Numbered from the stretch's first letter, positions 1-10,396 are shown. The stretch: DNA of 64,000 bases from an uncultured bacterium (GCA_903912525.1 CAIWHK010000049.1:21269-85268), one strand, 5' to 3'. Notes: a model not told the origin generated them from the letters alone. Numbers and translations: made by a program.

Positions 1-308
1 TACGCACGCTTTCGGTCGACGGCATGGCCGGCGACCGCCTGCTGCGCGCCAATGCCGAACTGGGCCGCGCCACGGACATCAGGCCGCTGGGCGTGTTCCG
101 GCTGGGCGTGGCTGCGTTCGCCGGCGCCGGCAGCGCGTGGTGGGCCGACGAGTCGCGCACCTCGCGAGACCTGCGCCGCGAACTGGGCGTGGGCCTGCGT
201 TTCGGCCCGGTACGGTCGGGCAGTTCGGAACTCGCGCGCGTGGACCTGGCCTGGTCGCTGGACGGCGGCGGGCCGGAGATCGCGGCCGTGACCGGCGGTC
301 TTTTCTGA
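1..308 (+). CDS. Omp85/BamA-family outer-membrane β-barrel protein, C-terminal fragment (runs off the window start)
   Basis: ORF runs to the window edge; C-terminus '...GVGLRFGPV...ARVDLAWSLDGGG...GGLF' with terminal Phe, the typical Omp85 β-barrel end. Confidence 0.45.
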   Translation, partial: RTLSVDGMAGDRLLRANAELGRATDIRPLGVFRLGVAAFAGAGSAWWADESRTSRDLRRELGVGLRFGPVRSGSSELARVDLAWSLDGGGPEIAAVTGGLF

Positions 309-398
309 GCCGTCGGGCCGCGTCCGGCATTCGGTGGTTGCCAGACCGGTGCGCGGTCGTTTATTCGTCCTGATCCGTGCCGCAGCGGCAGCCGGCGG

Positions 399-412
399 TT
401 GCGCCGGCGCAA
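399..412. repeat. REP-like palindrome copy a (gGTTGCGCCGGCGCAAGTc)
   Basis: 14-bp perfect palindrome TTGCGCCGGCGCAA seen directly; same core recurs at 6141, 7856, 10370 and 60771, always intergenic. Confidence 0.55.
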
Positions 413-460
413 GTCAGCGTCCCGACCACACCAGCCACCAGACCCAGGGAGCCACAGCCC

Positions 461-1321
461 ATGACCCGCACCGAGAAGACCAAGAGCTTGAAGCCCGTGG
501 GTCCCCGCATGACCGCCCTGGCCGACGCCGGCAAGCTGACCAGCCACAATGCCGACAAGCACTGGCTGTACCAGAACTCGGTGCAGAATCCGAAGGTCGA
601 GGTCGAGTTCATCGACCGCATCTTCGCCAAGGAGTTCGGCCGCAAGCCGACGCTGCTGCGCGAGGATTTCTGCGGCACCGCGCTGCTGTGCAGCTGGTGG
701 GTCAAGGCCCGCGCCACCAATCTCGCCGTCGGCGTCGACTTCGACGGCCCCACGCTGGAGTGGGGGCGCGTGAACAACCTGGCGCCGCTGGGCGACAAGG
801 CCGACCGCGTCACGCTGGTCCAGGACGATGTGCGCAGCGTGCGCGCCCCGAAGGCCGATGTGCTGATGGCCTCGAACTTCAGCTGGTGGGGCTTCAAGAC
901 GCGCGACGAACTGGGCGGCTACCTGCGCAACTGCCGCGCCTCGCTCAAGCCCGAGGGCCTGATGGTGATGGACTGTTACGGCGGCCCTGAGGCCCAGGTG
1001 GTCCAGGAAGAACTGCGCGAGATCGACGGCTTCACCTACGTCTGGGACCAGGACCACTACAACCCGGTCACGGGTGAAGTGCGCTGCCTGATCCACTTCG
1101 ACTTTCCCAAGGGCAAGCGCATGAAGCGCGCCTTCAGCTACGACTGGCGCCTGTGGACCGTGCCCGAGACGCGCGACCTGCTGCTCGAGGCGGGCTTCAG
1201 CCGCGTGATGGTCTACTGGGAGGGCACCGACAAGAAGGGCGAGCCGAACGGCGTCTTCCGGGTCAGCGAGAAGGGCGACCTCGCGCCGGCGTGGATCGCG
1301 TACATCGTCGCGGTGCGCTGA
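461..1321 (+). CDS. class I SAM-dependent methyltransferase
   Basis: Motifs 'DFCGTALLCSWW', 'VQDDV', 'VLMASNFSWW'; start chosen at MTRTEKTK with AGGGAG 9 nt upstream. Confidence 0.6.
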   Translation: MTRTEKTKSLKPVGPRMTALADAGKLTSHNADKHWLYQNSVQNPKVEVEFIDRIFAKEFGRKPTLLREDFCGTALLCSWWVKARATNLAVGVDFDGPTLEWGRVNNLAPLGDKADRVTLVQDDVRSVRAPKADVLMASNFSWWGFKTRDELGGYLRNCRASLKPEGLMVMDCYGGPEAQVVQEELREIDGFTYVWDQDHYNPVTGEVRCLIHFDFPKGKRMKRAFSYDWRLWTVPETRDLLLEAGFSRVMVYWEGTDKKGEPNGVFRVSEKGDLAPAWIAYIVAVR

Positions 1322-1486
1322 GGCTCGAAAACCCGCTGGTGTCGATGGCGCCGCCCTGGGAGGGGTGGCGCCTTGGTATTTATGACGATATGTAAAATGC
1401 GATCACGGGTAACTGTTGTAATGGTCCATATTTGTAACAATTTGAGCCACATCCCACCCGTTTGGAATTTTTCTCTTTTTGCGCTA

Positions 1487-1515
1487 TTGACGTCTACCTG
1501 AGAAAGATGTCTAAT
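1487..1515 (+). promoter_or_regulatory. candidate sigma70-like promoter (TTGACG-N17-TCTAAT) in an AT-rich island upstream of the Calx-β gene
   Basis: Local GC drops to about 45% over 1370-1520; hexamers read directly; about 145-nt leader to the ATG at 1661. Confidence 0.3.
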
Positions 1516-1660
1516 TGTGTCCGACTATCGCAGATTCACGGAGATGGACCAGTCGCCCAACCGCGCCGATCCTCCAGGTCTCCAACTTCCCGTTCGTCGC
1601 CGCCTACCGGTCCCTGTGGGATCGGCCGCGGCTTTCGCCCCGTCAGTTCCGGGAGTTGCC

Positions 1661-4600
1661 ATGAAAGCCCAGCGCGTCCGTTTGTCAGCTGTCCTGTTGT
1701 CGATCGCCTTGGCGATCGCCATCGTCCTGCCGGCCACCCTGGCCCCGCCGGTGTACTCGGCGCCCGAGGATGCCCCGATCGCCGGCGAGACCATTGAGGG
1801 TGTCCGCGGCGTCACCGAGTCGATGGCCTCCATCAATGCGCGCCAGATGATGTACGACGCCATGGGCGGCCGCATCCTGCGCGAGCAGGAGGACCAGGAC
1901 GAGCGCGAGGAGAAGGTGGACCGCACCAGCCTCATGCAGAATCCCGAGGCGCCGCAGTCCGCTGCGATGGTCGATGGAAGACCCGCGGAGCTGCCGGCCG
2001 AAAAGTCGGCGCTGGCGTCGCAGTTGACCGTCAGCACCAACTTCACCGGCGCGACGCTGTCGGGCGTCAACCCGACGCTGGCCTTCCCGCCCGACAGCAT
2101 GGGCGCCGTCGGCCCCACGCAGTATGTGGTCTTCGTCAACGGCCGCCTGGTCACGTTCAACAAGAGCACCGGCGTGGCCGACGGCGTCATGAACGCCGAC
2201 CCGGACGTCTTCTTCGTCCCGGTCATGACGGGTGGTTCCTACACCAGCGACGCGCGTGTGCGCTATGACCGCCTGACCGGTCGCTGGTTCCTGGTGATGA
2301 TCGACGTGGCCACGCCCAACCGCATCATGTTCGCGGTCAGCGACGCGGGCAGCGCCAACGCCATCACGGTCGCGACGACCTGGACGTTCTTCGCCATCAC
2401 CAGCGCGGCCGGGTGCCTGTCCGACTACCCGACCCTCGGCATCGACGCCAACGCGCTGTATGTCGGCACGAACAATTTCTGCGGCGGCGGCACCACCTAC
2501 TCGGGCGCCGACGGCTACGTCATCCGCAAGAGCTCGATCATGGGCGCCGGCCCGATCGTCTCCACCCGCTTCGTTGTCGTGGCCAGCGCCGCGGCGGCCG
2601 GTCCCTACACGCCGCAGGGCGTCGACAACTACGACCCGAGCGCCAACGAGGGCTACTTCATCGGCTGCGACAATGCCGCCTATGGCCTGTTGCAGCTGCG
2701 CCGCGTGTTCAACCCGGGCGGCACGCCGACCATCTCGGCCAACATCCCCATCACGGTGTCTTCGACGACGGCGCCGGTTCCCGTCCCGCACCTGGGGAAC
2801 ACGGCCGGCAACAACGGCCGGCTGGACGGGCTGGATGACCGCCTGTTCGCCGCGCATATCCGGAACGGCCGCCTGTGGACCGCCCACAACATCCAGGTCA
2901 ACGCCAGCGGCGTCGCCAGCGGGTCGGGCGGCCGCAACGGCACGCGCTGGTATGAACTGAACGGCGTCCGCACCGTCGACAACGGCGGCGCGCCCGTCGT
3001 GGTGCAGTCGGGTACGATCTTCGATACTGCCGCCAGCAGCCCGCTGTCCTACTGGATCCCGTCGGTGATGGTGTCGGGCCAGGGCCACGCCGCCTTCGGC
3101 TTCAGCCATGCCGGCACCGCGGCCTACGCCAACGCAGCCGTGACCGGCCGCCTGGTCGGCGATGCGCTCAGCGCCACGCAGACTGTCCAGAAGTACACCG
3201 CCGCGACGACGGCCTACAACCCGGCCAGCGACCCGGGCGGCACCGGTGGCCGCCGCTGGGGCGATTACTCGTACACGAGCCTCGATCCCCTGGACGACAT
3301 GACCATGTGGACGGTCCAGGAGTTCTGCAACGCCGCCAACTCGTACGGCGTACGCGTGGCCAAGCTGCTGGCGCCGCCTCCGGCCACGCCGAGCGTGCTG
3401 GCTGACGTCAACGCGGGGACGGCCACGGTCAACGTCACGCTGACCGGCCTCTCGACCAGCGGTTCGGGCTTCTACGACCCGGGCACGAACCTGGCGGGTG
3501 TGCCGGCGTTCAACCACCTGTCGGCCGGCATCACCAACGGCGGGGCCACCGGCACGCCGCCCACCGTCGTGTCGGCGACCTACGTCAACCCGACCACGGT
3601 GAACCTGGTGCTCAATGCCGGTGCGGCCACGGCCAACCTGCCGGGCGAGAAGTACACGCTGACCATCACGAACCCCGACGGCCAGACCGCGGCGGCCGCC
3701 GTCGTGCGCGTGATCGGCGCCGCGGCGCCGCCCACGGCGACCATCGCGACCGGCCCGACCGCCGCCGAAGGCAACGCCGGCAGCACGCCGTTCACGTTCA
3801 CGGTCAACCTGTCGGCGGCCAGCGGTTCGAGCGTCTCGGTCAACTGGGCCACCGCCGACGGCACGGCCACCACGGCAGACGGCGACTACGTGGCCGGCTC
3901 CGGCACGTTGACCATCCCGGCCGGCGGCACGTCCGGCACTGTCAACGTGGTGGTCAGCGGCGACACCAGGTACGAGGGCAACGAGACGTTCACGGTGACG
4001 ATCAGCAGTCCGGTGAACGCCACCCTGGGCGCGACCACCAGCGCCACGGGCACCATCACGAACGACGACACGGCGCCGACGATCTCGATCGCCGCCGTTT
4101 CGCAGGCCGAGGGCAACAGCGGCGCGACGGCGTACGGGTTCACGGCGACGCTGTCGGCGGCCAGCGGCCTGGCCGCCTCGGCGAACTACACGACGGCCAA
4201 CGGCACCGCGACGGTGGCCGACGGTGACTACACCGCCGCCTCGGGCACCATCAACTTCCCGGCCGGGACCACGACGCAGCCGATCACGGTCAACGTCGCC
4301 GGTGACGTGAAGTACGAGACGGACGAGTCGTTTGCCGTCAACCTGTCGACCCTGTCGGGCCTCTCGTCAGTGACGACGCAGGGCGTCGGCACCATCACGA
4401 ACGACGATACGGCCCCGACCGTGGCCCTGGACAACGTGACGGTGGCCGAGGGCAACAGCGGCACCACGGCGTTCACGTTCACGGCGACGCTGTCGGCGGC
4501 CAGCGGCACGGTCGCCACGGCGGACTACGCCACCAGCGACGGCACGGCGACCACGGCCGACGGCGATTACGCCGCCGCCACCGGTACGGTCACCTTTGCG

Positions 4601-6040
4601 GCCGGCACGACAACGCAGAACGTCACGGTCAACGTCGCCGGCGACACGAAGCACGAAGGCGACGATGCCTTCGCCCTGGCGCTGTCGAACCTGGCGGGCA
4701 TCTCGTCGGTGACCGCGCAGGGCACGGGCACGATCACCAACGACGACACGGCCCCGACCGTGGCGATCGACGCGGTGTCGCACGCCGAGGGTGACAGCGG
4801 CACCACCGAGTACCTCTTCACGGCCACGCTGTCGGCGGCCAGCGGCCTGGTCGCCTCGGCCGACTACACGACCGTGGACGGGACAGCAACCGTCGCCGAC
4901 AGCGACTACGCGGCCGCCAACGGCACGATCACGTTCCCGGCCGGCACGACCACGCAGCCGATCACGGTGCTGGTCAACGGCGACACGGCGAATGAGCTCG
5001 ACGAGGCCTTCGCCGTGGACCTGGCGAACCTGGCCGGCATCGCGTCGGTGACGACGCAGGGCGCCGGCACCATTGTCAACGACGAGGCCGGCCCGGTGCT
5101 GTCGATCGCGAACATCTCCGTGGCCGAGGGCAACTCGGGCACGACGTCGTTCGTGTTCACGATCACGATGTCCGGCACGAGCGCCAGCAACGTCAGCGTC
5201 GACGTGGCGACGGCCGACGGCACGGCGACGGCCGGCGACTACACGGCCCGCACGGCCACGCTGACCATCCCGGCCGGCGCGACCACCCTGGCCGACACGG
5301 TGCTGGTCAGCGGCGACCTGTGCGGCGAGGTCAACGAGACGTTCACGATGACGCTGTCGAACCCGGTGAACGCCACGATCGGCACGCCGACCGCGACCGC
5401 GACCATCCAGAACGACGACGACGTGACCGCGCCGTCGGTGACCGTGACGTCGCCCAACGGCGGCGAAGCGGCCTACCTGGCCGCTCCGTACGACATCACC
5501 TGGTCGGCGAGCGACGACGTGGATGTCACGTCGGTCGACATCCTGCTGTCGCGCGACGGCGGCAGCACCTGGAGCGAGACCCTGGCGACGGGCCTCGGCA
5601 ACACCGGCACGTACGAGTGGACGGTCAACGGCCCGCTGGCCCCCGGCACGGCACTGGTGAAGGTTGTCGCCTACGACGCCGGCTGCAACAGCAACAGCGA
5701 CGTCAGCAACATGGCGTTCAACATCGCGGATCCCGCGCTGTCGGGCGTCACGGACGGCCCCGTCACCGAGTTCGCGCTCAGTTCGCTGCGCCCGAACCCG
5801 ACCGCCGGCCAGACGCTGATCCAGTACCAGTTGCCGCAGGCCAGCCACGTGCGCCTGTCCATCGTCGACCTGCGTGGCCGCACCGTGTCGCGCGTGATCG
5901 ACAACGAAGTGGGCCCCGGCCGCCACACGGCGAACTGGTCCGGCCACACGGACACGGGCCCGGCCCCGGCGGGCGTGTACTTCGTGATCTTCGAGGCGGG
6001 CGGGCATCGCTTCCACAAGAAGCTGGTGCTGACGCACTGA
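1661..6040 (+). CDS. giant secreted Calx-β repeat protein with C-terminal T9SS sorting domain
   Basis: Signal peptide MKAQRVRLSAVLLSIALAIA; about 9 Calx-β repeats ('ADGDY..A.SGT.TF.AG.T...V.V.GD...E..E.F.V.LS'); C-terminal 'RPNPTAGQTLIQYQL...GVYFV...KKLVLTH'; GGGAG 5 nt before the ATG. Confidence 0.8.
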   Translation: MKAQRVRLSAVLLSIALAIAIVLPATLAPPVYSAPEDAPIAGETIEGVRGVTESMASINARQMMYDAMGGRILREQEDQDEREEKVDRTSLMQNPEAPQSAAMVDGRPAELPAEKSALASQLTVSTNFTGATLSGVNPTLAFPPDSMGAVGPTQYVVFVNGRLVTFNKSTGVADGVMNADPDVFFVPVMTGGSYTSDARVRYDRLTGRWFLVMIDVATPNRIMFAVSDAGSANAITVATTWTFFAITSAAGCLSDYPTLGIDANALYVGTNNFCGGGTTYSGADGYVIRKSSIMGAGPIVSTRFVVVASAAAAGPYTPQGVDNYDPSANEGYFIGCDNAAYGLLQLRRVFNPGGTPTISANIPITVSSTTAPVPVPHLGNTAGNNGRLDGLDDRLFAAHIRNGRLWTAHNIQVNASGVASGSGGRNGTRWYELNGVRTVDNGGAPVVVQSGTIFDTAASSPLSYWIPSVMVSGQGHAAFGFSHAGTAAYANAAVTGRLVGDALSATQTVQKYTAATTAYNPASDPGGTGGRRWGDYSYTSLDPLDDMTMWTVQEFCNAANSYGVRVAKLLAPPPATPSVLADVNAGTATVNVTLTGLSTSGSGFYDPGTNLAGVPAFNHLSAGITNGGATGTPPTVVSATYVNPTTVNLVLNAGAATANLPGEKYTLTITNPDGQTAAAAVVRVIGAAAPPTATIATGPTAAEGNAGSTPFTFTVNLSAASGSSVSVNWATADGTATTADGDYVAGSGTLTIPAGGTSGTVNVVVSGDTRYEGNETFTVTISSPVNATLGATTSATGTITNDDTAPTISIAAVSQAEGNSGATAYGFTATLSAASGLAASANYTTANGTATVADGDYTAASGTINFPAGTTTQPITVNVAGDVKYETDESFAVNLSTLSGLSSVTTQGVGTITNDDTAPTVALDNVTVAEGNSGTTAFTFTATLSAASGTVATADYATSDGTATTADGDYAAATGTVTFAAGTTTQNVTVNVAGDTKHEGDDAFALALSNLAGISSVTAQGTGTITNDDTAPTVAIDAVSHAEGDSGTTEYLFTATLSAASGLVASADYTTVDGTATVADSDYAAANGTITFPAGTTTQPITVLVNGDTANELDEAFAVDLANLAGIASVTTQGAGTIVNDEAGPVLSIANISVAEGNSGTTSFVFTITMSGTSASNVSVDVATADGTATAGDYTARTATLTIPAGATTLADTVLVSGDLCGEVNETFTMTLSNPVNATIGTPTATATIQNDDDVTAPSVTVTSPNGGEAAYLAAPYDITWSASDDVDVTSVDILLSRDGGSTWSETLATGLGNTGTYEWTVNGPLAPGTALVKVVAYDAGCNSNSDVSNMAFNIADPALSGVTDGPVTEFALSSLRPNPTAGQTLIQYQLPQASHVRLSIVDLRGRTVSRVIDNEVGPGRHTANWSGHTDTGPAPAGVYFVIFEAGGHRFHKKLVLTH

Positions 6041-6140
6041 TCGGGGCGTCGCCCCTTCGGGGGCAACGGCTGTGACGAGGACGGGGAGCCCGACATGGGC
6101 TCCCCGTTTCATTGGCCGAGGGCGGCTTGCGCGCGTCGAC

Positions 6141-6154
6141 TTGCGCCGGCGCAA
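6141..6154. repeat. REP-like palindrome copy b (cgacTTGCGCCGGCGCAActcc), embedded in a larger GC-rich inverted repeat
   Basis: Same 14-bp core; flanked by GCGCGCGTCGAC / GTCGGGCGCGCC. Confidence 0.5.
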
Positions 6155-6245
6155 CTCCGGTCGGGCGCGCCGCGACCTCAAGTTTTTCAGCAATCGGCCG
6201 ATAACCGTTGAGGCGACCCGCAGCCGCAACCGCCGGAGGTCCACG

Positions 6246-6479
6246 GTGATCGACGCCATCAGCAGCGCGCTCGGCGGCATGCAGCGCAACCAGGAAGCGT
6301 TCGGTCGCCACGCCGATCGGATCGCCCGCTCGGGCCTGGAATCCGAGGGTGGGGAAACGATCGACCTTTCGAAGGAACTCGTGGGCGCCATGGTCGCCCG
6401 CCGCGGCTACGAAGCCAACCTGCCGGTCATCCGCGCAGCCGACGACATGCTCGGCAGCCTGCTCGACGCCCTCGCCTGA
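6246..6479 (+). CDS. small (about 77 aa) flagellar basal-body rod motif protein (rod N-motif plus Flg_bbr_C-like C-terminus)
   Basis: '...DLSKELVGAMVARRGYEANLPVIRAADDMLGSLLDALA' matches the conserved C-terminus of FlgB/C/G/E; GTG start with GGAGG 6 nt upstream; the longer ATG start at 6072 would translate through the REP element. Confidence 0.45.
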   Translation: MIDAISSALGGMQRNQEAFGRHADRIARSGLESEGGETIDLSKELVGAMVARRGYEANLPVIRAADDMLGSLLDALA

Positions 6480-6498
6480 TCCCGAACCGGCGCTTTCG

Positions 6499-7702
6499 CT
6501 AGCCGAGCACCCGCTTCGTGATGCGGTCGAGCGCCTTGCCCAGTTGCTCCTCCTCGATGCCCGAGAACGACAACCGCACGTGGTGGGCGTACTCGGGGCC
6601 GCCGAAGGCCGTGCCCGGAATGACGGCCACGCCCGCGTCCAGGAACCGCTGCAGCACGAACGCGCCTTGCGGCGTGCCGGCCGGGGCTTCGGGGACCAGG
6701 CCCTTCAGGTTCAGGAAGAAGTAGAACGCGCCCTCGGGGCGGTACAGTCCGGGTCCCAGAACCGGGGCCAGTCGCTCGACGATCAGTTCGCGCCGCCGCC
6801 CGAACCGCTCCATCAGCGGGCGCAGCCACGCTTCGCGTTCCTCGACCGACGTCAGCGCCACGGCGAACGCCTTCTGGATGAACGGCACCACGCCGGCCGT
6901 CTGCGTGTACTCGCCCAGCGTCATCTTGGAAATCAGGTTCGCGTCGCGGCAGACCGTGTAGCCGATGCGGAATCCCGTGGCCGCATAGGACTTCGAGCAC
7001 GTGTGCACCGAGAAGATGTGGTCGCCGGGGAACTCGAGCAGGCTGACATGGCGCGCGCCGCCGAACACGAAATCCTCGTAGGCCTCGTCCGAGACGATCC
7101 GCACGCCGTGCTTCAGGCACAGGTCGTTCAGCCGGGAGAGTTCCTCGCGCGAGAACACCTTGCCGGTCGGGTTGTGCGGCGTGTTGACGTACAGCAGGTC
7201 GGCGCCGGGCAGCTTGGCCTCGACCTGCGCGAAGTCGATCTCCAGCGCGCCGTCGCGTTCGATGAACGCCACCGGATCCAGCGTGTAGTTGCCGTAGGGC
7301 GCGATGTTCTCGAGCACGCAGGACCAGGTCGGCGCGAACGCCACGACGCGCCCGCCGGCGAACAGGTTGAACGTGAGCTGCAGGCCTTCCTGGCCACCGT
7401 AGGTGCACAGCACGTGTTCGCGTCCCACGTCACTGATGCCGGCTTCGGCCAGTCGCGCCAGGACCGCGTCCTTGAACCAGGGTTCGCCGCCCGATTTCGG
7501 GTAGCGGGTCAGCCCGGCCTCGATGGCCTCGCCGATGGCGCGCGTGATGTAGGCCGGGGTGTTGTCCGCCAGTTCGCCGCGCTGCAGGAAGGCGAACTTC
7601 CCACCGTTGGCCGCCTCCCAGCGGGGGGCCAGGTCGCGGATCCGCTCGCTGATCTCGACGATGGGCGAGAGTCCGATTCTGGTGAAGGAGGGGTTCAGCA
7701 TC
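6499..7702 (-). CDS. pyridoxal-phosphate-dependent aminotransferase (class I/II)
   Basis: 'NPTG', 'SKSYAATGFRIGY', about 400 aa aminotransferase architecture; start MLNPSF. Confidence 0.8.
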
Positions 7703-7855
7703 GCATGCCCTTTCGCGTGACTGGCGGGAATCCGTCGTTCGGCCGCAGGCGGCATACTAGAGGATAAACGTCCCCGCAGCCAACGCGATTGGCGGCACGT
7801 TTCTTTGCATATGCGGCACATCAGGTTAGGGGGGAGCTGCCGCCGCGTTCACGAC

Positions 7856-7869
7856 TTGCGCCGGCGCAA
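7856..7869. repeat. REP-like palindrome copy c (cacgACTTGCGCCGGCGCAAGTgcc)
   Basis: 18-bp perfect palindrome, intergenic. Confidence 0.55.
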
Positions 7870-7920
7870 GTGCCAGGAGATCGAGTGCCGGGAGATCAGC
7901 ATGCCGGCGTGCCGGCTTGT

Positions 7921-9309
7921 TCAGCGCCCCGGCATCCCGGGCGCCATGGCGCGCTCGTTGACCAGTTCGCCATAGGAGCGCCGCAGGGCGTCGAGCGCGG
8001 CGCGCAGTCGCCGCTCACTCTCGCCGTCGAACCAGGCGCGTTCGACGGCCGTGCGCGCCTCGGCGAACGGCCGGGGTCGGCTCGCTGTGGCGTCCAGGAC
8101 CAGCACGACACGCCAGGCGCCGGCGTCCAGCGAGTCGGGGCCCACGATCCCGAGCGGGCCGGCCGCGACGCAACGCGCGGTCAGCAGGCTGTCGCTGCGG
8201 GAGTCGATGATTCCGGGCACGCGTTCCGGCAGGGCGCGATCGAACGCGGCCAGGCTGTCGGCGCCGGCGCGTGTGCGCAGGTGAGCAGCCATATCGTCGG
8301 CGCCTGCGTGCGTGGGCAGGTAGCGGCGCACGATCTCGGCGCGGGCCGGCAGATCCCAGCGCGACGGCTCACGGTCGTACTCCCGACGCAGCGTGAGCGA
8401 GTCGCGCGGCACCTGGGAGAAGACGTGGCGCACAGCCCACGCCTTGGCGGCGAATCCTTCCGCGCGATCGCGCAATCGCTGGACGTCGGACGGCCGCGCC
8501 GGGGCGTCGCCGGCGCGCGCCTGGGTCCGCAGCAACCGCTGGTAGAGGGCGGTGCGGATCAGTTCCTTCACTTGCCGCGCGTCGTCCAGGTGGGGGCGGT
8601 CCAGCACGCGCATGCCGCGCCATTCGCCCAGCAGGTCGCGCACCGTGAACGGGCGCCCGGCGTGCGTGGCGATGATCCGGTCGGTGTCTTCGGCGGCGAC
8701 GGCGGGAAAGCTCGCCAGTTTTCGGGCGCGCTGCACCAGGCCATCGTCGGGGGCGGGCGCCGGCAGGGCGGCGAAGGCGGCGGCCAGCGTCGCGACGAGG
8801 CCGTCGTCCCAGTTCGGGGGGCGGCGCGCGAGTTCGGCGTCCCGCATGGCGGCGCCGAGCACGGCCGGGTGGGTGACGGTGTCACCGCGCGCGGCGCGTT
8901 GAGCGCGTTCGACGGCGTAGGCGGAGTCGAGCGCCGCCTCGAAGGCGATCTGTGCGGCGAAGTCGCGGTACTGGGCGCTGTCCTGGGGCGCCCAGGCCAG
9001 ATGCTCCACCGCGTTGGCCAGGCGCAGGGCGCGCCGGTCGAGCAGGGTGCCGAGCACTTCGCGCGCCTGGGCGGGGGAGAGCGCGTCGGGTGTCAGGCCG
9101 CGTCGGCGGGCCGCTGCCTGCACATCGACGACCGTGACACTCTCGACCCGAGCGCCATCGCGCAACTGGGCCAGCACGGTGTCGGGCAGGTCCGCAGCGA
9201 CAGGCGAGGCGCACAGGACGCCTGGCGCGCCGGCCAGCACGGCACAGGCAAGCAGGACCAACCGTCCGACCGGCAGCATCGGGATCACCGGCACGTTCAA
9301 ACCTCCCAC
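7921..9309 (-). CDS. secreted hypothetical protein, possibly a degenerate SurA/PpiD-like periplasmic chaperone
   Basis: Signal peptide; long ORF in the local codon usage; weak resemblance to the SurA N-domain and a PpiC-like C-terminus ('GPLGIVGPDSLDAGAWRVVLVLD'). Confidence 0.35.
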   Translation of the reverse strand: MGGLNVPVIPMLPVGRLVLLACAVLAGAPGVLCASPVAADLPDTVLAQLRDGARVESVTVVDVQAAARRRGLTPDALSPAQAREVLGTLLDRRALRLANAVEHLAWAPQDSAQYRDFAAQIAFEAALDSAYAVERAQRAARGDTVTHPAVLGAAMRDAELARRPPNWDDGLVATLAAAFAALPAPAPDDGLVQRARKLASFPAVAAEDTDRIIATHAGRPFTVRDLLGEWRGMRVLDRPHLDDARQVKELIRTALYQRLLRTQARAGDAPARPSDVQRLRDRAEGFAAKAWAVRHVFSQVPRDSLTLRREYDREPSRWDLPARAEIVRRYLPTHAGADDMAAHLRTRAGADSLAAFDRALPERVPGIIDSRSDSLLTARCVAAGPLGIVGPDSLDAGAWRVVLVLDATASRPRPFAEARTAVERAWFDGESERRLRAALDALRRSYGELVNERAMAPGMPGR

Positions 9310-9419
9310 AGAACCGTTGGCCCGACCGCACTGTATAGGCGGCGGGCCCGGCGCGCAACGGCCGGCCCCCCAATCGGGGAGCCGGCCGTGCGTGCGGAGC
9401 CTGTTACAAGGACTGCAGG

Positions 9420-10166
9420 CTACCTGAACTCGGCCTTGAGGGCGCCCCAGGTCTGCGACTCGGTCGGCACCACGGTCTGCACGGTCTCGAGCTCGTACTG
9501 CATGTTGCTGTAGGTCTGGCCGGTGATCAGGTACCAGCCCGCGGCGGCCGCGACGTTGCTCATGTAGAAGCTGGCATTGGTCGAACCGACCGCCGGGGCA
9601 TTCGCATAGCTGATCACGGTGCCCATGCGGGTTGCGCCGACCACGTTGCTCAGCTGCTGCGTGACGAGGATGTCGCCCGAGGGCATGCCGATCGTGGTGA
9701 CGCCATCGATGCCCGTCATGGTGTAGATCGAGTACGAGCCCTTGGGCAGCGCACCCAGCGTGGCCGAGAACCCGCCGATGTAGGCGCCGGCGTTGGCGAG
9801 GTCGTAGAAGCGGATGGTCTCGGTGGCCGACGTCAGGGCCGCCACGGACGTGCCGGAGCAGAACACCGCGAACTTCATCGCGCTGACGTTCTCGCCGAAG
9901 CCGGCGGCGAGCAGGAGCTCATCGCCGTAGACCGCGGCCAGGTCGGTGGACGACGTGCCGGCGCTGACGGCCTGGTTGGTCGAGTCGTAGGCGATGGACG
10001 TGGCCGCCGAACTGGTGTGGCCAACGGTCGGGGTCAGGCGGACGGTCGTCCCCTCCTGCACGCCGAGCACGGGCTCCCCGATCTCAGTGGCAACGGCGGC
10101 GCCGGCCAGCAGGCCGATAGCCAGGGTCGCGATCGCCAGACGGGAAACGATAGCATTCTTCTTCAT
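9420..10166 (-). CDS. secreted hypothetical protein (about 248 aa, Ser/Thr/Gly/Ala-rich)
   Basis: Start MKKNAIVSRLAIATLAIGLLAGAAVA (signal peptide); the ORF beyond that Met covers a non-coding stretch. Confidence 0.45.
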   Translation of the reverse strand: MKKNAIVSRLAIATLAIGLLAGAAVATEIGEPVLGVQEGTTVRLTPTVGHTSSAATSIAYDSTNQAVSAGTSSTDLAAVYGDELLLAAGFGENVSAMKFAVFCSGTSVAALTSATETIRFYDLANAGAYIGGFSATLGALPKGSYSIYTMTGIDGVTTIGMPSGDILVTQQLSNVVGATRMGTVISYANAPAVGSTNASFYMSNVAAAAGWYLITGQTYSNMQYELETVQTVVPTESQTWGALKAEFR

Positions 10167-10369
10167 GTGCAGCACTCCTGATGGTGTTTGCGTGAAAGGC
10201 ATTTCCTGTCGCACGTGGCCGTAATGGGAGTAGGTGGAGGGGTATGTATCCCCATTCCGCGCCCCACGGGTACGGCGATTCAGATCCTGACTATAAGGCA
10301 AATCCTGCCCTGAAGGCAATAAAAATCACCTTCTTTGTCTGAGGTAGATATGGATTGTCCGGCAACGAC

Positions 10370-10383
10370 TTGCGCCGGCGCAG
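10370..10383. repeat. REP-like palindrome copy d (caacgACTTGCGCCGGCGCAGctcc, one mismatch)
   Basis: Same core, intergenic. Confidence 0.45.
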
Positions 10384-10396
10384 CTCCGAACGGGAA

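Noticed and set aside
1685-3517. Long antisense ORFs (for example 1685-3517 -, 4367-6391 -, 11103-13061 +, 13254-15350 +, 47499-50351 +, 60812-63781 +)
   Set aside because: They lie opposite confidently identified genes. Their translations are Arg/Gly/Ala/Pro-rich low-complexity sequence, which is the typical result of a missing stop codon in about 70% GC DNA. They have no motifs, RBS or signal peptides.
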